NCBI GenBank assembly: GCA_963702845.1
Contig: OY969763.1
Span: 608,001 to 672,000, forward strand
DNA length: 64,000 nucleotides
Origin: an uncultured Verrucomicrobiae bacterium
Lineage (GTDB): Bacteria > Verrucomicrobiota > Verrucomicrobiia > Limisphaerales > Palsa-1400
Reading direction: 5' to 3'
In this document: one piece after another, positions 1 to 9,650 of the stretch
How the letters are laid out: each line of letters begins with the position of its first letter
Numbering within the stretch: the first letter of the stretch is position 1
The notes under the pieces: model-generated
The model's input: the letters and a program-made list of their open reading frames with translations, nothing else
What the model was told of the DNA's origin: nothing
The model's database searches: none
Position numbers and translations under genes: made by a program

Positions 1-172
1 GATTGGTTTTGGTGCTCCCGGCCGGATGCCGCTGGATCATTGGCTCGCGCCGGTTTGCACCGGGATTGCTGCCGTGACGCTCGTGTTCCTTGTCGCTGAG
101 TTGCTCTTAACCCGCAAAATGCGCGCTGCTCGTCCGCAGCCGCCGGTCAGCGTTCCTGTTGCAAAGGTATGA
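1..172 (+). CDS. 3' end of a membrane protein (partial)
   Basis: Open frame from base 2 (IGFGAPGRMPLDHWLAPVCTGIAAVTLVFLVAELLLTRK...PVAKV*) with a hydrophobic helix; stop overlaps the aas start (ATGA). Confidence 0.55.
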   Translation, partial: IGFGAPGRMPLDHWLAPVCTGIAAVTLVFLVAELLLTRKMRAARPQPPVSVPVAKV

Positions 173-2301
173 AGAAACTTCTTCGCTGGTTTTTCCAACT
201 TTGCTTCGGTTTGCGCGCCTTCAATACGGAGGTGCTGAAAACGAAAGGGCCGGTGATGTTGCTGCCGAATCACACGTCGTGGTTCGATTGGCTGCTGCTC
301 GGTATATATCTGGAGGACGACTGGAAATTTGTCACATCGCGACAAGCCTCGGAAGTCAGCTTCGTCCATCGATTCATCATGGTGAACCGTTACACGTTCC
401 CGGTGGACATGGATTCCCCATACGCCGTCAAACACATGGCGGAATTCCTCCAGGCGGGCGGACGCCTCGTGCTGTTTCCTGAAGGGCGACTATCGCGCAC
501 GGGTTCGTTGATGAAGCTGTTCGATGGCACCGGTTTTTTGATCTTCAAAACAAAAGCAAAGGTCATCACCGGCTATTTGCGCGGAGCCCAACGGCTGCCG
601 TATTCGCCAAATCCTAATCGAAAAAAATTGTTCCCGCGCGTGTCGCTGCACTTTAGTGACGTTCTCGTCGCGCCGACTTACGAATCGATCAGCACCACTC
701 ACGCACGTGAAAAACTGACGCACTGGTTGCAAGACGCGATGGTCAAACAACAGTTCGAGGTTGAGATGGATCTGTCGCCAAAAACGATCCTTGGTTCGAT
801 TCTTCACACTGCGCGCGAACATTCGTCCTTCGTCGTGTTGCAGGACGCTTCGCACGCCAAAATGACCTATCGACGGCTCACTGCGGCAACGCAAGTGATG
901 GCGCACGAACTTGGAAAACATGTGGCGGACGAACACGGCCGCGTCGGCGTTTTGCTGCCGAATACTAACGCGATGCCGATTTCGTTTATGGCCCTGTGGG
1001 CGTTAGGTAAGACTCCGGCGATTTTAAATTATTCCACCGGCGTCAACACGATGCTCGCTTGCGCGGAAATAGCTTGTCTAAAACAAATCATCACATCGCG
1101 GACCTTTCTCGAAAAAGCGCATCTGAATATCGAACCGTTGCTCGCGCACGGTATCGAGTTCATCTATCTGGAGGATGTTCGCGCGAGGATCACCGGGTTG
1201 GAGCGTTTCATTGGTTTGCTGAATACCTACGTGCCCTGGCTCTCGCCACTGCGACACATCGCGGGTCAGAACGAATCCGCGGTGATTCTTTTCACGAGTG
1301 GTTCGGAAGGTCCGCCGAAAGCCGTCGATCTTAGCCATCGCAACATTCTGTCGAACATCCGTCAGATGCTGGCGGTCATTGACCTTGTCGAAACCGACCG
1401 CCTGTTCAACGCGCTCCCGTTGTTCCATAGCTTCGGCCTCACCATCGGTTTATTGCTGCCACTCGTTCGCGGCGGCTACACGTTCTTATATCCGTCGCCG
1501 TTGCACTATCGCGTTATCCCAACCCTGTTCTATGAACTGGATTGCACCGTCTTTTTCGGCACCAACACATTCCTCAACGGCTACGCGCGCAAGGCGCACC
1601 CCATCGATTTCCGCTCGTTGCGTTATTTGTTCGCAGGTGCCGAGAAATTGCAGGAAGCGACGGCGAACGTTTGGTCGCGAAAATTCGGCGCGCAAATACT
1701 CGAAGGCTATGGTGCAACGGAATGCAGCCCATGCGTGAGCGCGAACACCCTGCAGGCGTCCCGGTTCGGTTCGGCTGGACGGCTGTTGCCGGACATCGAC
1801 TACCGTCTCGAACCCGTCGAAGGCGTGCTCGAAGGAGGACGGCTTTGGGTGCGCGGTCCCAACATCATGCGCGGCTATTTAAATCCCGAAGCGAACGCGA
1901 AATTTCAGGCGCTGGGCGGCTGGTATGACACCGGCGACATCGCAAAATTCGATGATGACGGCTATCTCTTCATTCTGGGTCGCCTCAAACGCTTCGCCAA
2001 AGTCAGCGGCGAAATGGTAAGCCTGACGGCGGCTGAGGAAGCCTTGGCCAATTCATTCCCGCAGTTTGGCATTCGTTTTCAAGTCGCCGTGCTTGCGCGA
2101 CCGGATGCGGATCGCGGGGAAGCGTTGGTCGCTGTAACAAACGAGCCGAAGCTGACGATGGAAGAGATTCGCGCCGCCGTTAAAGCAAAAGGTCTGAGCA
2201 ATATCTACGTCCCCCGCGAAATCAAATACGTGCACGAAATCCCAAAACTCGGCACAGGCAAAGTCAATCATCGGGAGCTACAGAAGTTAATAGAAGGTTG
2301 A
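169..2301 (+). CDS. aas: Bifunctional 2-acyl-GPE acyltransferase / acyl-ACP synthetase
   Basis: N-terminal PlsC motifs NHTSWFD and FPEG; AMP-binding FTSGSEGPPK, EGYGATE, YDTGD, PKLGTGK. Confidence 0.9.
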   Translation: MKKLLRWFFQLCFGLRAFNTEVLKTKGPVMLLPNHTSWFDWLLLGIYLEDDWKFVTSRQASEVSFVHRFIMVNRYTFPVDMDSPYAVKHMAEFLQAGGRLVLFPEGRLSRTGSLMKLFDGTGFLIFKTKAKVITGYLRGAQRLPYSPNPNRKKLFPRVSLHFSDVLVAPTYESISTTHAREKLTHWLQDAMVKQQFEVEMDLSPKTILGSILHTAREHSSFVVLQDASHAKMTYRRLTAATQVMAHELGKHVADEHGRVGVLLPNTNAMPISFMALWALGKTPAILNYSTGVNTMLACAEIACLKQIITSRTFLEKAHLNIEPLLAHGIEFIYLEDVRARITGLERFIGLLNTYVPWLSPLRHIAGQNESAVILFTSGSEGPPKAVDLSHRNILSNIRQMLAVIDLVETDRLFNALPLFHSFGLTIGLLLPLVRGGYTFLYPSPLHYRVIPTLFYELDCTVFFGTNTFLNGYARKAHPIDFRSLRYLFAGAEKLQEATANVWSRKFGAQILEGYGATECSPCVSANTLQASRFGSAGRLLPDIDYRLEPVEGVLEGGRLWVRGPNIMRGYLNPEANAKFQALGGWYDTGDIAKFDDDGYLFILGRLKRFAKVSGEMVSLTAAEEALANSFPQFGIRFQVAVLARPDADRGEALVAVTNEPKLTMEEIRAAVKAKGLSNIYVPREIKYVHEIPKLGTGKVNHRELQKLIEG

Positions 2302-2847
2302 AGGGTCAATGGTGTAAGGATGACCCTTCCATATAATCAGGACGATAATTCCCACCACCGAACCAACGATTACAGTATCGGCAAGCACCGCTGCAGGCGT
2401 CAGCGCGATTTGCGTTCCCTGATGGATGCCAGAAGGATAGACGGGCAAATCGTAAATCTCTTTTTCGTCGCCTTTCAGCGTGAAAGTTGTTGGGCTCTGC
2501 TGAATTGCAATGAACGCGTTGGTCGCGCTCTGAGCCGCATTTGTTCTGACGACAATCGGAATTCGCTTAAGTTCATTGGTGGCAGCAACAGCGACGAATG
2601 CCGGTTTGCCGTGTTTCGCAGAATCGTTGAGAAAATATGCGCGCCGGCGAATCTTTGCAGATGGTTCACGGACTTCGTCGTAAACGACAAGGATATCTTT
2701 CCTGGCTTCGGAATAATAAAGTTGAAGGTGCGGGTCAGGTGAAGGTTCGTTGAACTCTATATCGTCCCAAAGCCGCTTAGTCACGCACCCACAGCAAGAA
2801 CTCCACGCGACAAGTAGCAACGCCATTTTTAGAATCCTGCCAGGCAT
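2287..2847 (-). CDS. Hypothetical lipoprotein
   Basis: Lipobox-like SCCGC after a hydrophobic N-terminus; C-terminal hydrophobic LTPAAVLADTVIVG helix. Confidence 0.6.
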   Translation of the reverse strand: MPGRILKMALLLVAWSSCCGCVTKRLWDDIEFNEPSPDPHLQLYYSEARKDILVVYDEVREPSAKIRRRAYFLNDSAKHGKPAFVAVAATNELKRIPIVVRTNAAQSATNAFIAIQQSPTTFTLKGDEKEIYDLPVYPSGIHQGTQIALTPAAVLADTVIVGSVVGIIVLIIWKGHPYTIDPSTFY

Positions 2848-2922
2848 AGAATCGATTGCTGCGATCTATGGCCAGAATGGCTCGGACTATTGGCAATTCA
2901 ACTTGTTTTTGCGCGATGACGG

Positions 2923-3582
2923 TTACTTGCTCGCAGTGGCAAGCGCTCGTGAAGCCGCTGCGCGGACGTGTTCGGGATACTTTGAGTCGGTCAGTTGCTT
3001 GCAGATAACCGCGGCGCTTTTCGAATCTCCATCGGATCTCAACTGATCGGCGCATCGCAGCAGTGCGTCCAGCAGGACTGGTTGAAGTTCCTTGTTATCA
3101 CGCGCGGCGAGAAGAGCGTCAGCGGCTTTCTTGTTTCCAATTCGGCCAAGAGAGCTCGCGGTGGCGGAAGCGATGGTCGGATCTTTATCCGATAGGGATT
3201 TCTTGAGCAGCGAGACCGATGCGGTATCACGTCGCCAACCGAGGGAGTCGATCAGCCCGGCTTTGATTAGGCCGGAAGTTTTTCCAGCCGCTTTTCGCAT
3301 TGCAGTCACAGCGTCCGGAGATGGCATTCCTTCCAACGCATAACGCGCGGCCTGTGTCGTGTGCTCGTCCGTCAACAGCGGAGCGATCGCCGGCACCGAC
3401 TTGGCCGTTCCGACCAATCGCAATTTCTGGCACGCATCGGACTTTTGATTCGCAGTGGCGTTCGACTTGAGGATGGTGATGAGGTCCTGCTCTTCACTCG
3501 CACTCGCGAGCGCGGTGGAGAAGACAAGTCCAAGTAACACGATCCAAATTCTGAATTTCGGTTCGCAAAGTGAAGTTTTCAT
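2923..3582 (-). CDS. Secreted HEAT-repeat protein
   Basis: Signal peptide (MKTSL...ALA) then HEAT-like repeats (ACQKLRLVG, ARYALEGM, ASSLGRIG); start moved to ATG 3582. Confidence 0.75.
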   Translation of the reverse strand: MKTSLCEPKFRIWIVLLGLVFSTALASASEEQDLITILKSNATANQKSDACQKLRLVGTAKSVPAIAPLLTDEHTTQAARYALEGMPSPDAVTAMRKAAGKTSGLIKAGLIDSLGWRRDTASVSLLKKSLSDKDPTIASATASSLGRIGNKKAADALLAARDNKELQPVLLDALLRCADQLRSDGDSKSAAVICKQLTDSKYPEHVRAAASRALATASK

Positions 3583-3601
3583 TGCAAGTGTTGAGTTTTG
3601 T

Positions 3602-4918
3602 TTACAGGTGCCATGGCGGCCGCGGCGTATAGGAGAGAAGACGGTTTGCCTCATCATCGCCGTTGAATTGTGCTTTGACCGGGTCCCATTCGAGAGCCCG
3701 TTGCAAGATGAGCGCAATGCCGCCAATTAGCACAGCGTTGATGCTGTAAAGAGCTGTATCAGGATCGCAAATCGTCGGTTTACGCGAGCGTATACATTCC
3801 AGGAAATTCCCGGAATGGCTTTCGGCGTGGTAGACCTTGGCGTCGCTCGGTTTCAACGGCTCTTCGAGAATCTTTCCGGGATACGAAATCAGTTTCTCGC
3901 GATCCACTGCGATGCGACCTTCAGTGCCAACGAACACGCCGCCGCCGATCGCGCCGACTTTTTCATCTTTGTACCCGTTGGAATGAACCACCACGCCATT
4001 CGAGTAGCGCCAATGAATCGCATCATTCTCCGGCCAAACTTTAATCGGCGCGGTGACGTCCGGGTTCACCATCCATTGAATCACGTCATAATGATGCGGC
4101 GCCCAGTTCACGTCGCCGGTAATCAGCGAGTGAATTTCCTGGCCGGGTAGGCGGCCTGGATACGGTTGCCACGGAAGCGGGCCAACCCACATGTTCCAGT
4201 CCAAACCAGCCGGGACTGGTTGGCCTTTTTCTTCTGTCCAATGCTTTGGCCAAAACGCGCCCGGCGAACGATACGCGTAGACTTCCTTCAACTGGCCGAT
4301 GCGACCGTTCCGGATGTAGTCGCAGGCGGTGCGGAATTTGCCGTCGTATTCGGAACGCTGCTGCGTGCCGGCCTGGTAAATTCGAGCGTAACGTTTGCCC
4401 GCCGCAACCATGTTGAGGCCTTCGCGAACGGTGATGGCGATTGGTTTTTCGCAATAGACATCTTTGCCGGCTTCCATGGCCATCGAGGCCATTGGCGCGG
4501 ACCAGTGATAGGGCAGCGCCAGCAAAACTGCGTCGATGTCGGTACGCGCGAGCACCCCGCGGAAATCGTTGTATGCTTTGACCCCGTTGTAATCGGCTTG
4601 GCCAAGCCGTTTGGCGTAAGATTCATTGCAACGCTTGTGGGCCTTTTCGCGGCGGTTGGTGTCGACGTCGCAGACTGCAAGCACCTGCACACGAGGGTCG
4701 CCGGAGTATCCACCCGGCATATACGTCCAGGCGCCGCCAAGCAAATGGCCGCTGCCTTGCCCGCCCAGGCCGATAAAGCCCATGTTGATGCGTTCGCTCG
4801 GCGCTTTCGTGCCGTTACGACCGAGGGCCGACGCCGGAATAATTGTGGGTGCTGCCAGAGCCGCGCCCAAGGCCATTGAAGTGCGTAGGAATTTCCGACG
4901 CGAGAATTGTGTATTCAT
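3602..4918 (-). CDS. Tat-exported Gfo/Idh/MocA oxidoreductase
   Basis: SRRKFL Tat motif, GFIGLGGQG Rossmann motif, DVYCEKP, QAGTQQRS. Confidence 0.9.
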   Translation of the reverse strand: MNTQFSRRKFLRTSMALGAALAAPTIIPASALGRNGTKAPSERINMGFIGLGGQGSGHLLGGAWTYMPGGYSGDPRVQVLAVCDVDTNRREKAHKRCNESYAKRLGQADYNGVKAYNDFRGVLARTDIDAVLLALPYHWSAPMASMAMEAGKDVYCEKPIAITVREGLNMVAAGKRYARIYQAGTQQRSEYDGKFRTACDYIRNGRIGQLKEVYAYRSPGAFWPKHWTEEKGQPVPAGLDWNMWVGPLPWQPYPGRLPGQEIHSLITGDVNWAPHHYDVIQWMVNPDVTAPIKVWPENDAIHWRYSNGVVVHSNGYKDEKVGAIGGGVFVGTEGRIAVDREKLISYPGKILEEPLKPSDAKVYHAESHSGNFLECIRSRKPTICDPDTALYSINAVLIGGIALILQRALEWDPVKAQFNGDDEANRLLSYTPRPPWHL

Positions 4919-5152
4919 ATCGGTTACTGATCTGTCCGATGTGTTCGGTCGAAACGAACCCTGCGTTGCTTACGCATTGTTAGACGCAGCGCATGCAGTC
5001 GGCAATCAATCAAATTGCAATCGGCGCGGCAAAATTGTGCTCCACACTTTTTGGTAAGACCTGAACCTCGTTTGTCTGTTAGAGAACGAGCAATGTCTGG
5101 AACTTCACGGCACGTTGTGGCAGTGTCGCCAACAACAACGCCAAAACTTTTT

Positions 5153-5950
5153 ATGGACCATTCTCCAGCACGCTTCAAGTTTTCGTCTGACCGAACGCTC
5201 TGCCTGATTGCGCTGTTTTGCAGCACCGGCCTTGTTGCTGCTGCCGCGCAACCGATTCGAGTCGCGCTCTATCAAGACACCGGCGCGTCGGGTAAAGGCG
5301 TTCCATGCGTTTGCACCGAGTTGGGGAAATTCGAAGACATGTACGTCACCAAAGTTTCCGGCGAACAGATCCGCAATGGCATCCTCGATAAGTTTGATAT
5401 CGTCGTGTTCACCGGCGGTTCCGCCAGCGCTCAAGCGAAAACCCTCGGCGACCAAGGCCGCGCCAACGTGAAAAACTTTGTCGAAAAGGGCGGGGGATAC
5501 ATGGGCATTTGCGCCGGCGCATATCTCGCGTGCAACGGTTTTGATTGGGCTGTCGGCGTGCTGGATGCGCGAACTGTTTCGTCCAAATGGCAGCGCGGCG
5601 AGGGAACGGTGCAGATCGAACTCACGCCAGAAGGCCAAAAACTTCTCGGCCAAACCGGCAAGACATTCGAACTGAAATACGAAAACGGTCCGATCATCAC
5701 TCACAACAAAGGAGCTTTGCCCGCATTCAAAACACTCGCGGTCTACCGCACCGAAAAAGCGGAAAACGGCAGCCCCGTCGGTGTCATGGTCAATTCTCCT
5801 GCCATCGTGACGAGCACGTGCGGTAAAGGTCGTGTCGTGGTTATCAGTCCGCATCCGGAGCAAAGTGAAGCCACGGAAAGCATGATTCCCGCTGCCATCA
5901 AATGGCTCTCGAACAAGGACCATCGTCTGGTAGCTCCGCGGAATTCCTGA
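5153..5950 (+). CDS. Secreted BPL_N / class I glutamine amidotransferase-like protein
   Basis: GGGYMGICAGAY nucleophile elbow, YENGP, SPHPE; signal-like N-terminus. Confidence 0.7.
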   Translation: MDHSPARFKFSSDRTLCLIALFCSTGLVAAAAQPIRVALYQDTGASGKGVPCVCTELGKFEDMYVTKVSGEQIRNGILDKFDIVVFTGGSASAQAKTLGDQGRANVKNFVEKGGGYMGICAGAYLACNGFDWAVGVLDARTVSSKWQRGEGTVQIELTPEGQKLLGQTGKTFELKYENGPIITHNKGALPAFKTLAVYRTEKAENGSPVGVMVNSPAIVTSTCGKGRVVVISPHPEQSEATESMIPAAIKWLSNKDHRLVAPRNS

Positions 5951-5969
5951 TCCGCCCCGCATTTTTCTT

Positions 5970-5998
5970 TTGCGTCCGGCCCAGTTAACGTTCAGCTT
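5970..5998 (+). promoter_or_regulatory. Putative sigma70 promoter, leaderless hpt
   Basis: TTGCGT-17-CAGCTT, 6 nt before ATG 6005, no SD. Confidence 0.4.
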
Positions 5999-6004
5999 CC
6001 TCCC

Positions 6005-6583
6005 ATGACTCGAACGCAGTGGCGCAATGAGATTGAAAAAGTCCTGATTTCAGAAATGGAAATCGAGCGTCGCGTCACCGAACTGGCGCTTGAGATCGAA
6101 AAGGAATTTGTCGGGCGCGACTTGGTTATCGTCGCGCTTCTCAACGGCACCGTTCTCTTTCTCGCCGATTTGATCCGCCATTTGTCGTTGCCGCTCCGCC
6201 TCGATTTCATCGGAGTTTCCAGCTACGGCGCGGGCACCGAATCAGGCAATTTGGTCTTCACAAAAGAACTGCGACTCGACGTCAAGGGCCGCGACGTCCT
6301 CCTCGTCGATGACATTTTGGATACCGGCCGCACCTTGAGCCGTGTAAAAGCCAAACTGAAAAAGCTCAAGCCGCGTCGGATAAAAATCTGCGTCCTCCTC
6401 GACAAACCGAGCCGTCGTGAAGAATCCGTCACCCCTGACTACGTTGGTTTCACCATCCCCAACGAATTCGTCGTCGGTTATGGACTCGATTTCGCCGAAC
6501 GCTATCGCAACCTCCCTTACGTCGGTGTTTTGAGACAACACAACAAGCCCTCGCCAAAGAAGAAGAAGAGCAGCCGGAAATAG
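6005..6583 (+). CDS. hpt: Hypoxanthine phosphoribosyltransferase
   Basis: PRPP motif VLLVDDILDTGRT; LLDKP; FVVGYGLD. Confidence 0.95.
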   Translation: MTRTQWRNEIEKVLISEMEIERRVTELALEIEKEFVGRDLVIVALLNGTVLFLADLIRHLSLPLRLDFIGVSSYGAGTESGNLVFTKELRLDVKGRDVLLVDDILDTGRTLSRVKAKLKKLKPRRIKICVLLDKPSRREESVTPDYVGFTIPNEFVVGYGLDFAERYRNLPYVGVLRQHNKPSPKKKKSSRK

Positions 6584-6651
6584 GCGCTCGGCTGCGATTC
6601 AAAGCGCTGGTCGAATTTGCACCTAATGCTTAGTTGCGCAGTCCATGGTGG

Positions 6652-6670
6652 GTCAGGCGTCCCGCCTGAC
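6652..6670. repeat. REP-like palindrome
   Basis: GTCAGGCG-TCC-CGCCTGAC, perfect 8-bp stem in an intergenic region. Confidence 0.55.
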
Positions 6671-6740
6671 GTAGCCGAGGGCGTCCGCCCATCGGCATGG
6701 CCACGACGTTTCAATCGCACCCCAAAGCCGTTCGCCCTAT

Positions 6741-6769
6741 TTGACAAGCCGCAATTACGCACGTACGTT
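6741..6769 (+). promoter_or_regulatory. Sigma70 promoter
   Basis: TTGACA-17-TACGTT upstream of ATG 6782. Confidence 0.6.
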
Positions 6770-6781
6770 GCTGTCACGCAC

Positions 6782-7207
6782 ATGAAACGGGTTTTTCAGT
6801 CTCTTGCGGTCGCTTTGTTCGTATGCCTCTTTGTCGGCTGTGTGCGCCAATATCCGACCGCGCCGCCCGGTGCGCCCGTCGACGTTGGAATTGTTTCCAT
6901 GCACCTGAAGCCTCAACATCCGTTGCCGGCAGAACGTTGGCGCGCCGTTATGGTCGTTCGGAACAAGGACAAAGAGGTGATGGCGAAAGACATCGGCTAT
7001 CTTATGCGCATTCCAGGGCGGAATCTTGAAATCGGCCGGGGCAACATCGGCAAAATCCTTCCCGACGATTCCTTAAGCATCAGCAGCGACGACGTCCAAC
7101 TTCCCGCCGGGAAGTACAAAATCGAAGCCGTTCTGTATTTACCAGTATCCTACCCGCAATGCGGCACTCCAAGCCGAATCGAAATGACCGTCTCGGTTGG
7201 AGAATAA
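6782..7207 (+). CDS. Hypothetical lipoprotein (beta-sandwich-like)
   Basis: MKRVFQSLAVALFVCLFVGC lipobox; beta-rich mature part ending GKYKIEAVL. Confidence 0.65.
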   Translation: MKRVFQSLAVALFVCLFVGCVRQYPTAPPGAPVDVGIVSMHLKPQHPLPAERWRAVMVVRNKDKEVMAKDIGYLMRIPGRNLEIGRGNIGKILPDDSLSISSDDVQLPAGKYKIEAVLYLPVSYPQCGTPSRIEMTVSVGE

Positions 7208-7270
7208 ATCTGAAACCATTTGTGCGGTTTTCACCTACGAAACTCGAGTAGGCTGGCACTGCAAAGACAC

Positions 7271-7299
7271 TAGACGTCAAAGCCTTAATCCTCTAAATT
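7271..7299 (+). promoter_or_regulatory. Sigma70 promoter, leaderless xseB-dxs
   Basis: TAGACG-17-TAAATT, 6 nt before ATG 7306. Confidence 0.5.
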
Positions 7300-7305
7300 C
7301 CCCGC

Positions 7306-7572
7306 ATGTCAAAGAATTCGGCTCCGGCTGCGGTCGGGGCGGCTGACATTCAAAATCTCGCCTTTGAGGAGGCGTTGAAGAATCTCGAGTCTATCGTTCA
7401 ATCGATGGAGTCGCAGGATTTACCTTTGGAAACCATGCTTTCCCGCTATGAGGAGGGAACCAGACTGGCGCAACTCTGCCAGGCCAAACTCGCCCAAGCG
7501 GAAGTCAAAATTCAGCAAATTGAGAAAAATGCCAAAGGCGAAATCACCCTCAAGCCTGTTCCCGCCCAATAA
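7306..7572 (+). CDS. xseB: Exodeoxyribonuclease VII small subunit
   Basis: FEEALKNLESIVQSME...LPLE...YEEG...L.QAE.KI. Confidence 0.92.
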   Translation: MSKNSAPAAVGAADIQNLAFEEALKNLESIVQSMESQDLPLETMLSRYEEGTRLAQLCQAKLAQAEVKIQQIEKNAKGEITLKPVPAQ

Positions 7573-7579
7573 TTAAACT

Positions 7580-9571
7580 ATGAGCCGATACATCGATATG
7601 GTGGACCAACCTGCCCACGTCAAAAAACTGACGTTGGACCAACTAACCCAACTCAGCGAAGAAGTGCGCACCGAGTTGATCACAAAACTCGCCAAAAACG
7701 GCGGGCATCTCGGACCAAACCTGGGCGTCGTTGAACTGTCCATCGCGTTGCACTACGTCTTTTCGACGCCGCACGATAAATTCGTGTGGGACGTCAGCCA
7801 TCAGAGCTACGTCCACAAGATCCTGACCGGCCGCAAAAACCGTTTTCACACCATCCGCACCACGGACGGCTTGAACGGCTTCTCGCTCCGCACCGAAAGC
7901 GAACACGATTGCTACGGCGCCGGCCACGCTGGCACCGCGCTCTCCGCCGCCCTCGGCATGTGCGCCGCGCGCGACCAGAAGAAGAGCGACGAAAATGTCG
8001 TTTGCATCTTCGGTGACGCCGCGTTGACCAACGGTATTTCGTTCGAAGCGCTCAACAACATCGGTCACACGACCAAGAAGTTCATCGGCATCCTCAACGA
8101 CAACGAGTGGAGCATCGCCAAGAACGTCGGCGCAATCGCGTCATATCTCAACAAGCTCATCACCAATCCGCGCTATAACAAGCTGCAGAAGGATTTGGAG
8201 CGTTGGATGAAGCGCATGCCTAAGGGCGAACTCGCCATCAGGCTCGGTCACAAAGCCGAAGAAGCGATCAAGGGCGCACTCACCGATGTCGCACTTCAAC
8301 AGAACGCCGTCAACGTCGAAGCTGACGGTCGCGGCGGATTCGGCAGCAGTTTGATCTTCGAAGAAATGGGCCTGCGTTATCTCGGCCCGATCGATGGTCA
8401 CAATTTGCCGCTCTTGATTAGCTGCCTCGAATTCGCAAAAGAAAGCGAAGAGCCAGTCGTTCTTCACGTGCTGACCAAAAAAGGAAAAGGCTTCGAATCA
8501 GCCCTGAGTTCGCCGGAAAAATTCCACGGTCTCGGGCCTTACGATCCAGTCACCGGCGCAACCCCTGCCACGAAACCGGGCACGCCTCCGAATTATCAGG
8601 ACGTCTTCGGCCAAACCATGGTCAAGCTCTGCAAAAAGGACACCTCCGTCGTTGGCATCACCGCCGCGATGCCGAGTGGCACTGGTTTGAAAGCTTTGGA
8701 AAAAGCCATGCCCGAACGTTATTACGACGTCGGCATCGCTGAAGAACACGCCGTCTTGTTCGCCGCCGGTATGGCCACGATGGGTTTCCACCCGGTCTGC
8801 GCCATCTACTCGACGTTCTTGCAACGTTCCTACGATTGCATCATTCATGACGTCGCGCTCCAGGAATTGCCCGTGATTTTCTGTATGGACCGCGCCGGCC
8901 TTTCCGCCAACGACGGCCCCACGCATCACGGCTTGTTCGACATCGCTTACCTGCGTTGCGTTCCGAGCATCGTTTGCATGGCGCCGAAGGACGAAGACGA
9001 ACTCGTGGACATGATGTTTACTTGCACGTTGCAAAAAGGCCCGACCTTCATTCGCTATCCTCGCGGTGCCGCTGAAGGCGTGCCGATCAAGGAATCGCCG
9101 AAAGTTGTCGAAATCGGCAAAGCCGAAGTCACCCAGAACTTCAATTCGAGCAAAGGCAAGAAAGTCGCGCTCTTTGGATTAGGCAACTTCCATGGCGTCG
9201 CCAAGAAAGTCGCTGAGCAACTGACCGCTGAAGGTTACAACGTCGCAGTCATCAATCCGCGTTTCACCAAACCAATCGACGCCGGCACCACCGAATTCTT
9301 CGGACGCGCCGCTGAATTGGTCGTGACGATGGAAGACCATGTGCTGCCTGGCGGTTACGGTTCGAGCGTTTGTGAATTGCTCAACGACAAGCGCATCAAC
9401 ACGCCTGTCCTGCGCATTGGTTGGCCTGACCAGTTCATCGAGCACGCGAGCACTGTCGACCATCTCCGTAACAAATACGGTCTCACCGCGCCGCAGATCG
9501 TTGCGCAAATCAAAGCCCAATTCGCCGCGGCCCAACCAGCGAATGTGACCAGCCTGAGCGCAGTCGCTTAA
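7580..9571 (+). CDS. dxs: 1-deoxy-D-xylulose-5-phosphate synthase
   Basis: GGHLGPNLGVVEL, WDVSHQSY, GDAALT...NDN, GIAEEHAV, DRAG, DGPTHHG. Confidence 0.97.
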   Translation: MSRYIDMVDQPAHVKKLTLDQLTQLSEEVRTELITKLAKNGGHLGPNLGVVELSIALHYVFSTPHDKFVWDVSHQSYVHKILTGRKNRFHTIRTTDGLNGFSLRTESEHDCYGAGHAGTALSAALGMCAARDQKKSDENVVCIFGDAALTNGISFEALNNIGHTTKKFIGILNDNEWSIAKNVGAIASYLNKLITNPRYNKLQKDLERWMKRMPKGELAIRLGHKAEEAIKGALTDVALQQNAVNVEADGRGGFGSSLIFEEMGLRYLGPIDGHNLPLLISCLEFAKESEEPVVLHVLTKKGKGFESALSSPEKFHGLGPYDPVTGATPATKPGTPPNYQDVFGQTMVKLCKKDTSVVGITAAMPSGTGLKALEKAMPERYYDVGIAEEHAVLFAAGMATMGFHPVCAIYSTFLQRSYDCIIHDVALQELPVIFCMDRAGLSANDGPTHHGLFDIAYLRCVPSIVCMAPKDEDELVDMMFTCTLQKGPTFIRYPRGAAEGVPIKESPKVVEIGKAEVTQNFNSSKGKKVALFGLGNFHGVAKKVAEQLTAEGYNVAVINPRFTKPIDAGTTEFFGRAAELVVTMEDHVLPGGYGSSVCELLNDKRINTPVLRIGWPDQFIEHASTVDHLRNKYGLTAPQIVAQIKAQFAAAQPANVTSLSAVA

Positions 9572-9618
9572 TGGAATCACGGACCGTCGCGTCCGCAAAG
9601 TTTAGAGAAATTTAGTTC

Positions 9619-9648
9619 AAAGCGCGGACGTAACAGTCCGCGCTTTTT
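9619..9648. terminator. Intrinsic terminator between convergent dxs and protease gene
   Basis: AAAGCGCGGAC-GTAACA-GTCCGCGCTTT followed by TT. Confidence 0.75.
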
Positions 9649-9650
9649 CT

